This document shows positions 28,913 to 37,084 of a stretch of DNA of 64,000 bases, one piece after another. Made by a program: the position numbers and the translations under genes. The stretch covers positions 147,467 to 211,466 of the forward strand of contig JBEKTZ010000002.1 of NCBI GenBank assembly GCA_049515535.1, read 5' to 3'. The notes beneath the pieces are model-generated. The model did not search any database. It worked only from the letters and a program-made list of their open reading frames with translations, and had not been told where the DNA came from. The DNA is from Candidatus Aminicenantales bacterium (GTDB taxonomy: Bacteria > Acidobacteriota > Aminicenantia > Aminicenantales > UBA4085). The first letter of the stretch is position 1. The number at the start of each line of letters is the position of its first letter.

Positions 28913-29791
28913 CTATTTTATCGCGCTCCAGATAACCTTGCCATCCGGCCCGAACAGAATCAGAGAAGATTCCGGATATACGATCGTTATTCCTTCTGGC
29001 GATATGATCTTTGTATTTCCTGCCCAGAAACGGGCCTTGCCATTTTCGTCCTTCAGTATCAGACATGGCTTGCCATTTTTGTCCACCATCAGGCTGACGC
29101 GGAATTTGTCATTTTCGTCAGCCAGCCCCAAGCCTGGGCCATCCTTGCTCATCATGGCCAGCTGGGCGCGGAACTTGCCATTTTCATCAAGCAGCCACAA
29201 GCCAGGGCCTTCTTTGCTCATGGTCAGCGCGGCACGATTTTTGCCATTTTCGTCCGATAGCAAAATGCTTGGGCCAGATTTGCCTGTATCTAATCCGATG
29301 GAGTTCTTGCCATTTTCATCCCGTAGCCATAGACCTTGGTCAGCTTTGCTCGCGCCCGCGCCAAGCAAGACGCGGTTCTTGCCGTTTTCGTCATCCAGCA
29401 CCAGGTCCGGGCCATTTTTACCCACGCCAAGCCGAGTGCGGAGGGCGTCATTTTCATCGTATAGTGCAAGGATCGGGCCTTTTTTTGTCACAGCCAACCT
29501 GGCGCCGACCTTGCCATTTTCGCCACACAGAGTCAGTTCCGGGCCATCTTGGGGCGACCATAGCAGGGCGCGGACCCCGCCTTTCTCGTCCTCAAGAATG
29601 AAGCTCCTCGCGCGGATCTGCTTAGACGTTCCCGGCTCTTGTGCCTGTGCTCGGATCACCGTTGTCTTAAACACGCCAGGTGCGACCAAGCCCCCAACTA
29701 CAAGCAGAATCACGCCTAGCAGCCAGCGGTTGCGCCGCTTCAGACGCCCCAGATCTTTTTCCATGTTTTCCAATCGTTCTTCAACGGTCAC
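28913..29791 (-). CDS. Membrane-anchored protein with about nine 22-aa beta-hairpin repeats
   Basis: GTG start; N-terminal coiled coil plus TM; repeats of GPxLxLxDENGKxRxxL. Confidence 0.8.
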   Translation of the reverse strand: MTVEERLENMEKDLGRLKRRNRWLLGVILLVVGGLVAPGVFKTTVIRAQAQEPGTSKQIRARSFILEDEKGGVRALLWSPQDGPELTLCGENGKVGARLAVTKKGPILALYDENDALRTRLGVGKNGPDLVLDDENGKNRVLLGAGASKADQGLWLRDENGKNSIGLDTGKSGPSILLSDENGKNRAALTMSKEGPGLWLLDENGKFRAQLAMMSKDGPGLGLADENDKFRVSLMVDKNGKPCLILKDENGKARFWAGNTKIISPEGITIVYPESSLILFGPDGKVIWSAIK

Positions 29792-29967
29792 GTTAGCTCC
29801 CCCCTTTAAAGAATTTTTCTCACGCGCTGGATCCCGCGGCTATGAACTCCGCAGTATTCCATTTACAACCTTCTAAAACTTGCTATACGCTTTTTCCCCT
29901 TCTTTAGATTTTATTATATAATGGAAATCAAAATAAGGCAGTTTTACTTTTTGAACGAGGGGGGGGA

Positions 29968-30480
29968 ATGAATAAATCCAATCAAATTCACGAAATGTTT
30001 AGAAAAACGCCACGGGGAGAACGATATAAATTATTGTGGAGGATGACAAAGAGGTATTACGATGCTTTCAAATCGATAAATGAAGGCTCGCCAGAATTTC
30101 CTTTTTTATCAAAATTTGACATTGTGCAGTCTTTTTTTATTTTTTGCTACCATTTAAAAGACTGGCTCAATAATGATTTGAATATTAAAGTAGAAGACAT
30201 TCGCGAGCTATTTTCTTCAAATCCAGAACTCAGATATTGCGCGGATCTTTGTGATGGATTTAAACATTTGCGACGCACAAAAAAGCTTCATAGTAAGTCG
30301 CAGCCGGATTATGAAAAGAAAGTTTTTGAATTTAGAGAAGAAATTCGTATTCCAGGATGTAAATTCATTATCTCTACAGATCAAGGAGATATGGACGCCT
30401 TTATATTAGCCTCGAAATGTATGGATATTTGGTATGAATTCATCGTGAAATATGACCCTACAATTTCTAAAGAGTTGTAA
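29968..30480 (+). CDS. AT-rich hypothetical protein (weak HEPN-like resemblance)
   Basis: Intact 170-aa ORF in AT-rich DNA with GAGGGGGG RBS; FFIFCYHLKDW...CADLCDGFKH. Confidence 0.6.
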   Translation: MNKSNQIHEMFRKTPRGERYKLLWRMTKRYYDAFKSINEGSPEFPFLSKFDIVQSFFIFCYHLKDWLNNDLNIKVEDIRELFSSNPELRYCADLCDGFKHLRRTKKLHSKSQPDYEKKVFEFREEIRIPGCKFIISTDQGDMDAFILASKCMDIWYEFIVKYDPTISKEL

Positions 30481-30640
30481 AACTGAGGCGGGGCCCGGGG
30501 AAGTGACGCTGTGACAGCGATGTCGCGCCTCGCTGGGAGAGACGCTCGAGCGATAGATTTTTCTCATGGGAGGGCGATCGCTTCAATGAAGGCTCCAGTC
30601 GGCCGACTAAACTCTCTGAAGGAAAAGCGGCGCGAGGGCA

Positions 30641-31156
30641 CTACCTTTTTCTTTTGCCTTTTGGCAAGGCAAACTTAGGCTTTGGCTTGAATGGTTTATT
30701 TACAAAATCAATACGCTCCATGGAGGGAGACCTGAACGAAAATACCGTTTGATTATAGATATTTGTAACAGCGAAGTCCCCGCTTCCGATGATGTCCATT
30801 CCAATTATTACATCGGCGTTTGTTATGTTAGCCTTGGTTACTTTAAGATTAGAAATGACGGTCTTGTTTGGTAACCATATATTGACTAGATATTGATTGC
30901 TCCTTTGGGGACCGCTCCCATATTGGACCTCGACTATGCCGATGGGGCTTAGCTGGCAATCTTGAATCACTTTCTCAGTAATTGCTGAATTGGTAGCCCC
31001 TGTATCCCATATTGCGATGTACTCTTTGCACTTGGCATCATCTGATGACATCAATCCCTGGGTAGGATTAATCGCTTCAGACACTAATACCTTATTGCTT
31101 AGAACATTTGAGTGACTTGGATAAGCAGACGTGAAAGAAAAAGTGCGGATTGCCAC
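30641..31156 (-). CDS. Retropepsin-like aspartic protease
   Basis: IAIWDTGATNSAI catalytic motif and VIIGMDII (ILGxD) motif; basic C-tail. Confidence 0.85.
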   Translation of the reverse strand: MAIRTFSFTSAYPSHSNVLSNKVLVSEAINPTQGLMSSDDAKCKEYIAIWDTGATNSAITEKVIQDCQLSPIGIVEVQYGSGPQRSNQYLVNIWLPNKTVISNLKVTKANITNADVIIGMDIIGSGDFAVTNIYNQTVFSFRSPSMERIDFVNKPFKPKPKFALPKGKRKR

Positions 31157-31165
31157 TGTAATTGA

Positions 31166-31408
31166 CTAAACGAACTCAACCCGTGAATGAAATGTCTGTG
31201 TATATACGGCTTTTCCAGCTTCGCACTTTTGAACCAGGAAGGTCCCTCTCTTTTCTTTTTTTGATGTCTCCGTAATTGCTTCCATTAAATCATCGAAAAC
31301 CCCAATTACGGCCTCATTCTTAATGACGATATACTTCCCCCCGTGTTTCTTGACTAATTCGTCTTGATTTTTTACGAAGTATTCAAATTCTTTTTCGAGT
31401 GGCAACAT
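31166..31408 (-). CDS. Small DUF5678-like protein
   Basis: EKEFEYFVKNQDELVKKHGGKYIVIKNEAVIGVFD pattern; ends 9 bp upstream of the protease start. Confidence 0.65.
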   Translation of the reverse strand: MLPLEKEFEYFVKNQDELVKKHGGKYIVIKNEAVIGVFDDLMEAITETSKKEKRGTFLVQKCEAGKAVYTQTFHSRVEFV

Positions 31409-31693
31409 TTTTCTCTTCTACTGTTTAATATTCATCTAAAATACTGCCAGATGTCAAGCTCAGGTTTTCTGACTGAGAATCCCCGCTTTCGCCGAATGTC
31501 CTCATCATCGAGCCTATCTTCCGCCTAGAAGCGTTTCTATGGCTCTTGAGTACCCAATCCGAATACAGACGGGATTCGTGTGGACAAATTGAGGACAAAA
31601 CCACTAAAAATGGCTCAATTTAAGATACTCAGGCCTAAAAAACTAAATCAGAAAAACCAATGGAACCTAAAGAAAACGAAGGAAATAAGAGAG

Positions 31694-31767
31694 CGCGCGA
31701 GAGAGGACTCGAACCTCCGACCTTCTGATTCGTAGTCAGGCGCTCTATCCAACTGAGCTACTCGCGC
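31694..31767 (-). tRNA. tRNA-Arg(ACG), CCA not encoded
   Basis: GCGCGAG acceptor pairs with CTCGCGC; TAGCTCAGTTGGATAGAGC D-arm; CT-ACG-AA anticodon loop; GGAGG-TTCGAGT-CCTCT T-arm. Confidence 0.97.
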
Positions 31768-31806
31768 GCCGGAGTGGGGATATTATGCCAGAATTCGGCC
31801 GATTTA

Positions 31807-32811
31807 TTAAGAATTAATTTTCAAGACGGCGGCGCCGGTGATCCGGCCTTCCTTGAGACGCCGCAAGACGATATTCGCGTCCTCAAGAGCGAAAACTTGG
31901 ACCATGGTCTTGATCGGGATTTCCGTCGCGATCTTTAGCAGCTCTTCCCCGTCCCGCCTTGTCGCGTTGGCCACGCTCCGCAGGATCCGTTCCTGAGCCA
32001 AATGCTTCCGATGATCCAGCTCCGGAATCGGCGTCATATAAATGCCGGCCAGCACGACGATCCCGCCCCTTTCCGTATTCGCCAGCGCGAGCGGAACGAG
32101 ATCTCCGGCCGGAGCGAAGATGATCGATCCGCTCATTTTCGAGGGAGGCGCATCGTGGGCCGTTCCGGTCCAGACCGCGCCGAAGCGCCGGGCCAATTCC
32201 TGGTGCGCGCGGCTCCGCGAAAAGACAAAGACTTTGGCTCCCCAATGAACCGCGACTTGGATGGCGATGTGGGCCGAAGCCCCGAAGCCGTAGAGGCCAA
32301 GCGTCCCGCCCGCCTTGATTCCGCTCAATCGCAGCGCCCTGTAGCCGATGATCCCGGCGCACATAAGCGGCGCGGCTTCCTCGTCGGAAAACGTCCCGGG
32401 GATCGCATAAGCGAATTTTTCGGGAACGGTCATATATTCGGCGTATCCGCCAGCGGCATGATAACCGGAAAAGCGGCCGGCGACGCATAAATTCTCCTGA
32501 CCGTTGAGACAAAATCGGCACGTCCCGCACGCCGAACGCAGCCAGGCCGCGCCGATCCTGTCTCCTTTTTTAAAACGCGCGCACCCTTCCCCCGTTTTTT
32601 CCACGATTCCGATCGCCTGATGGCCGGGAATGATTGGCAATCCGACTTCCGGAAGTTCGCCCTCCGCCGTATGGAGGTCGGTATGGCAGACGCCGCAGAC
32701 GCCGACGCGGATCGACAATTCGCCGGCGGCGGGTTCCGGGATCGATACATCGGCGAATTCCAGAGGATTCCGCTCGATGGGGCCGAATTTCCGCAGGATC
32801 GCGGCTTTCAT
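31807..32811 (-). CDS. Zinc-dependent alcohol dehydrogenase family protein
   Basis: GVCHTD, PGHQ, CGTCRFC...ENLC, LMCAG and GLYGFGASAH motifs. Confidence 0.92.
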   Translation of the reverse strand: MKAAILRKFGPIERNPLEFADVSIPEPAAGELSIRVGVCGVCHTDLHTAEGELPEVGLPIIPGHQAIGIVEKTGEGCARFKKGDRIGAAWLRSACGTCRFCLNGQENLCVAGRFSGYHAAGGYAEYMTVPEKFAYAIPGTFSDEEAAPLMCAGIIGYRALRLSGIKAGGTLGLYGFGASAHIAIQVAVHWGAKVFVFSRSRAHQELARRFGAVWTGTAHDAPPSKMSGSIIFAPAGDLVPLALANTERGGIVVLAGIYMTPIPELDHRKHLAQERILRSVANATRRDGEELLKIATEIPIKTMVQVFALEDANIVLRRLKEGRITGAAVLKINS

Positions 32812-34151
32812 GACGACGGTCCCGCTTTTCCTTTCTTCGGCTTCAGGATTTTCCGGTTGAGCCTTTCCAGCCTGTGCTCGAAATCCTGCTGAAAGTTCGG
32901 CGCGCCGTGGATCGCCAGGGCCAGGCCTTCTTCAGCGGCTTTCTTCGCGTCCTCGTATCGCTTGGCTTTGTGCTCGTAATATATGGCCAGCTCCCGGCAG
33001 CAGAACAGCCGGTCTTCGAGCGAAGACATGTCCTGCCAGAGAGAAACGGCCTTGTCCCAATCCGCGTTTTTCTTGAAATGAAAGGTCAGCTTGCGCTTGA
33101 TGGTGACGGAGAGCGCCTCCGGCAGGTTTCCGGCCAGGGCGCGTTCGAAAAAAGCCACGGATTTCTCCACGTCTCCCACGCTCTCGAAGACTTTGCCGAC
33201 ACCGAACATGTCCATCGCGTCGAATCCGTCGTCCTCCAAAGTCCCCCTGTCTTCTTCGAACATCTTGGCGGCTGAAATCAAGAGGCCCAGCAGGGACAGG
33301 ATGTCTTCCTGATTGTGATAGAGAATGGGTTCGATGAGCGACGAAAAATCCCCTCCCCGCAGATAGTCGAAATACCGGAACGGGATCTCGGCCGAAGGGA
33401 TGTCCTCGGCCCGGTCAGCTTCGACGATCTGCTGGGCCAGGTGGAAAAGACGGCAGCTCTCGTGCTTGTGCTTCCAAAGACTGCGCGCGGAAAAAAGGAG
33501 ATCGAGATGCGGCAGCTCCGACAGGGTGAACTGCTCCCTGTGCATGATGAACCGCGTTTCAAGAAGCGGCAGGTCGAAAGCCTTCCCGTTATAGGTCACG
33601 ACCGACTGGAAGCCCATCTCCTTGAAGAATCGGCCGAGTTCGCGGATCAGGCGCTCTTCCTCGCCTATCTCGGACAGAAAATACTGCGCGACCCGGAATT
33701 TGCCGTCGCGGAAATATCCCATGCCTATGAGAAAGGGCACGGTCCCCGTCCCGCCGGCGAGGCCGGTCGTCTCGAGGTCGAGTAAGAGGGCCGTGGACAT
33801 GTCGAGGCCCGAAAACTCCTCGTTCTTGCTCAAGTAAGAGAGGATTTCGCCCTTGATGGCCAGGCTGTCGTCGATGCGGTTCTTTCCGTATTTCGTCTGG
33901 AGCGGATATGGATTTTCAAAAAACTGGATCGGTTCCCGTTCACGCTCCCGGGGAGGCGGCCCGGAGGACTTTTTCGGCTCGGGCTTTGTTTTTTTCGCGT
34001 CGGTCAGGTTGATGAGCTTTTCGAGCTTCTCTTTGACCGTCAGACCTCCGTCTTTATCGATCCGGTTCCACGCCTCTTCGATGGATTGCGCGCGCCGCGC
34101 GCGAAGGTCCCGCTCTTTCTTGTGGCGTTCGAGCTGATCCTTGATATCCAT
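32808..34151 (-). CDS. YprB/MrfB-like RNase H-fold (DEDD) exonuclease with TPR C-terminus
   Basis: LLLDLETTGL, TYNGKAFD, HLDLL and YHNQED motifs; TPR-like helices; charged N-terminal extension. Confidence 0.85.
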   Translation of the reverse strand: MDIKDQLERHKKERDLRARRAQSIEEAWNRIDKDGGLTVKEKLEKLINLTDAKKTKPEPKKSSGPPPREREREPIQFFENPYPLQTKYGKNRIDDSLAIKGEILSYLSKNEEFSGLDMSTALLLDLETTGLAGGTGTVPFLIGMGYFRDGKFRVAQYFLSEIGEEERLIRELGRFFKEMGFQSVVTYNGKAFDLPLLETRFIMHREQFTLSELPHLDLLFSARSLWKHKHESCRLFHLAQQIVEADRAEDIPSAEIPFRYFDYLRGGDFSSLIEPILYHNQEDILSLLGLLISAAKMFEEDRGTLEDDGFDAMDMFGVGKVFESVGDVEKSVAFFERALAGNLPEALSVTIKRKLTFHFKKNADWDKAVSLWQDMSSLEDRLFCCRELAIYYEHKAKRYEDAKKAAEEGLALAIHGAPNFQQDFEHRLERLNRKILKPKKGKAGPSS

Positions 34152-34253
34152 CGGATGCGTCCGTATATTTTGACTTCCGCTTTTATCATACCGAAAACGC
34201 CGATAAATTTCACGCTTGATAAACGACGTCAAAATGAATAAAAATGAAGTCCG

Positions 34254-35738
34254 ATGAGCAAACACCAATACTTGGCGTTTGACCTGGGGGCCGAAAGCGG
34301 ACGGGCCATGCTGGGCACTCTCGATAACGGCCTCATTTTCATCCGGGAGATCCATCGCTTTCCGAACGCGCCCATCGCCATTAACGGTCTCCTCCATTGG
34401 GATGCCCCTTCGATTTTCAACGAGATCAAAAAGGGCTTGAAGATCTGCGCCACCCAATACGCGCCGGACATAGAAAGCGTGGCCGTCGATACCTGGGGGG
34501 TGGACTTCGGTCTGCTGGCCGAAGACGGGACTCTCCTCGGCCTCCCCTTCGCCTACCGCGACTTGCGCAATGTGAGGGCCATGGAGAAATTCCTCGCCCG
34601 ATTCCCGAAAGAACGGATCTACGAGATCACGGGGGTCCAGTTCCTGCCGTTCAATTCCCTCTTTCAGCTCTGCGCTCTGACCCTCGAAAATCCCGATCTT
34701 CTCGCTTCGGCCGCGGATCTGCTCTTCATGCCCGATCTCTTCACCTTTTTTCTTTCCGGACGGAAAGCCACCGAGACGACCATCGCCTCGACCTCGCAGC
34801 TCTTTGATTCCCGCCGCGGGGAATGGAGCGAAGAATTATTCGACGCGCTCGGTCTTTCACGAAAAATCATGCGAAAGCCGACGCCGCCGGGAACGGTCAT
34901 CGGCCGCCTTCTCCCCGCCGTCGCCGGGGAATCCGGTCTCAAAGAGATCCCCGTCATCGCTACGGCCGGTCACGACACGGCTTGCGCCGTCGCCGCCGTC
35001 CCGGCCCGAGGAAAACAGTGGGCTTATATCAGCTCCGGAACCTGGTCGCTGATCGGCATCGAAACGCCCGCGCCCTTGATCACGCCCGAGACCATGCGAC
35101 TGAACTTCACCAATGAAGGCGGCCTGGAAAATCGAACACGACTCCTGAAAAACGTCACGGGTTTATGGCTCGTCCAGGAGTGCCGTAAAAGATGGAGCGC
35201 GGACCGCCCCCTGAGCTATGAGGACATGAGGGACATGGCGGAAAAAGCCGAACCGTTCAAAGCCATGATCGACCCCGATGCTCAGGATTTGCTCAACCCT
35301 CCGGACATGCCGGCCGCCGTCCAAGAACTCTGCCGCAGAAGCGGCCAGGCCGTCCCCGAAACGAAGGAGGAGATTCTCCGCTGCATCATCGAAAGCCTCG
35401 CTTTGAAATACCGGATGGTCCTCGAAGAATTGAAGCGGATCTCCCCTCATTCGATCGGGATGCTCCATGTCATCGGCGGCGGCAGCCGGCATGCCACGCT
35501 CTGCCGGTTCACCGCGAACGCCGCTTCGCTCCCGGTAGCGGCCGGTCCCGTCGAAGCGACGGCCATCGGCAACATCATGGGGCAAGCGCTAGCGCTGGGG
35601 CATGTCCGCTCGCTCGAGGAGATCCGGGCGATCGTCTCCGCGTCGACCGAGATCACGGCCTACGAGCCCCAGGATACGCGCGCCTGGGACGCGGCCTATA
35701 TGCGTTTTCAAAAAATCATGGCCTATGGGAGAAGCTGA
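34254..35738 (+). CDS. rhaB: Rhamnulokinase
   Basis: AFDLGAESGR, DTWGVDF, GHDTACA, ISSGTWS and GPVEATAIGN motifs. Confidence 0.93.
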   Translation: MSKHQYLAFDLGAESGRAMLGTLDNGLIFIREIHRFPNAPIAINGLLHWDAPSIFNEIKKGLKICATQYAPDIESVAVDTWGVDFGLLAEDGTLLGLPFAYRDLRNVRAMEKFLARFPKERIYEITGVQFLPFNSLFQLCALTLENPDLLASAADLLFMPDLFTFFLSGRKATETTIASTSQLFDSRRGEWSEELFDALGLSRKIMRKPTPPGTVIGRLLPAVAGESGLKEIPVIATAGHDTACAVAAVPARGKQWAYISSGTWSLIGIETPAPLITPETMRLNFTNEGGLENRTRLLKNVTGLWLVQECRKRWSADRPLSYEDMRDMAEKAEPFKAMIDPDAQDLLNPPDMPAAVQELCRRSGQAVPETKEEILRCIIESLALKYRMVLEELKRISPHSIGMLHVIGGGSRHATLCRFTANAASLPVAAGPVEATAIGNIMGQALALGHVRSLEEIRAIVSASTEITAYEPQDTRAWDAAYMRFQKIMAYGRS

Positions 35739-35739
35739 C

Positions 35740-37008
35740 ATGAATTCCGGAAACATCCAAAAAATCTACAAAGCCGCCCAGGAATCTTATGCCGAATACG
35801 GCGTGGACACGGAAGCGGCCCTGAGGAAATTGAAAGGCGTTTCCCTCTCTCTCCATTGCTGGCAGGGCGATGACGTCGGCGGCTTTGAAAGACCCGGCGC
35901 GGCTCTTTCCGACGGAGGCTTGCAAGTCACCGGCCACTGGCCGGGCAAGGCCAGGACGATCGACGAGCTCCGCCAAGATCTTCATGAAGCTTTTTCGCTG
36001 ATCCCCGGCTCTCACCGGCTCAACCTGCACGCCATTTACGGCGAATTCGGCGGCATGGACGTGGAGCGGAACGAGATCGGTCCGGAACATTTTCGCGGCT
36101 GGATCGACTGGGCCAAACAGGAAAAGCTGAAGATCGACTTCAACGCGACCTGCTTTTCTCATCCCAAGGCCGCGTCCGGCTTTACGCTGAGCCATCCGGA
36201 AAAGTCCGTCCGCAAGTTCTGGATCGAGCATGTCCAAGGCTGTCGCAAGATCAGCGGATGTATCGGCCGGGAGTTGAAAAGCGCTTGCCTGCACAATCTC
36301 TGGATCCCCGACGGCTCGAAAGAGGTCCCCGTGGACCGTTTCGGCTGCCGCGCCCTCCTGAAAGAATCCCTGGACGAGATCTACGCCGTCGATTACAGCC
36401 CGACCCAGATGAAGGACTCGCTGGAAAGCAAACTCTTCGGCATCGGATCGGAGTCATTTGTCGTCGGCTCCCACGAGTTCTACCTGGGCTACGCGCTGAG
36501 CAAAGGCAAAATGGTGTGTCTCGATCTCGGCCATTTCCATCCGACCGAATCCGTCGCCGACAAGGTTTCCGCGATTCTTGCCTTCGCGCCGGGCCTCGTC
36601 TTCCACTTCAGCCGCGGCGTCCGTTGGGACAGCGACCACGTCGTGACCTTCACCGACGATGTCCAGGCGGTCGCCGAGGAGATCGTGCGCGGACAGGCCT
36701 TGGACCGGACGCGGATCGCCCTGGATTACTTTGATGCCAGCTTGAACAGGATCGGGGCCTGGGTGATCGGGGCGCGGGCGACCTTGAAAGCGCTCCTTTA
36801 CGCCCTCCTCCTGCCCGAAGAAAACCTGCGGGCCGCCGAGCGGGCAGGCGACAATTTCAAGCGTCTCGCCCTCCGTGAGGAGTTCAAGTCCCTGCCGTTC
36901 GGCGCGATCTGGGATGCGTTCTGCCTCCAGTGCGGCGTCCCCGCCGGGCGGGAATGGCTGGATGAGGTCGGCCGCTACGAAAAGGACGTGCTCAGCCGGC
37001 GCGAGTGA
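35740..37008 (+). CDS. rhaA: L-rhamnose isomerase
   Basis: SLHCWQGDDVGGFE, ESKLFGIGSE, GSHEFY, DLGHFHPTE and RGVRWDSDHV motifs. Confidence 0.95.
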   Translation: MNSGNIQKIYKAAQESYAEYGVDTEAALRKLKGVSLSLHCWQGDDVGGFERPGAALSDGGLQVTGHWPGKARTIDELRQDLHEAFSLIPGSHRLNLHAIYGEFGGMDVERNEIGPEHFRGWIDWAKQEKLKIDFNATCFSHPKAASGFTLSHPEKSVRKFWIEHVQGCRKISGCIGRELKSACLHNLWIPDGSKEVPVDRFGCRALLKESLDEIYAVDYSPTQMKDSLESKLFGIGSESFVVGSHEFYLGYALSKGKMVCLDLGHFHPTESVADKVSAILAFAPGLVFHFSRGVRWDSDHVVTFTDDVQAVAEEIVRGQALDRTRIALDYFDASLNRIGAWVIGARATLKALLYALLLPEENLRAAERAGDNFKRLALREEFKSLPFGAIWDAFCLQCGVPAGREWLDEVGRYEKDVLSRRE

Positions 37009-37084
37009 ATTTCCTTCCGATAATTGATCTTTCGGACTTTTTGTTTTATGGTTAAAGAGAAAGGAAGAAACGAGCGATTCCCTG

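Noticed and set aside
28497-29876. 459-aa plus-strand ORF with repetitive FLPFSS motifs
   Set aside because: It is the antisense shadow of the DENGK-repeat gene and runs through the IS91 remnant; no family motifs.
29800-31690. Integron cassette array
   Set aside because: No RYYYAAC/GTTRRRY attC-like boundaries were found, the genes are in mixed orientation, and there is no intI.
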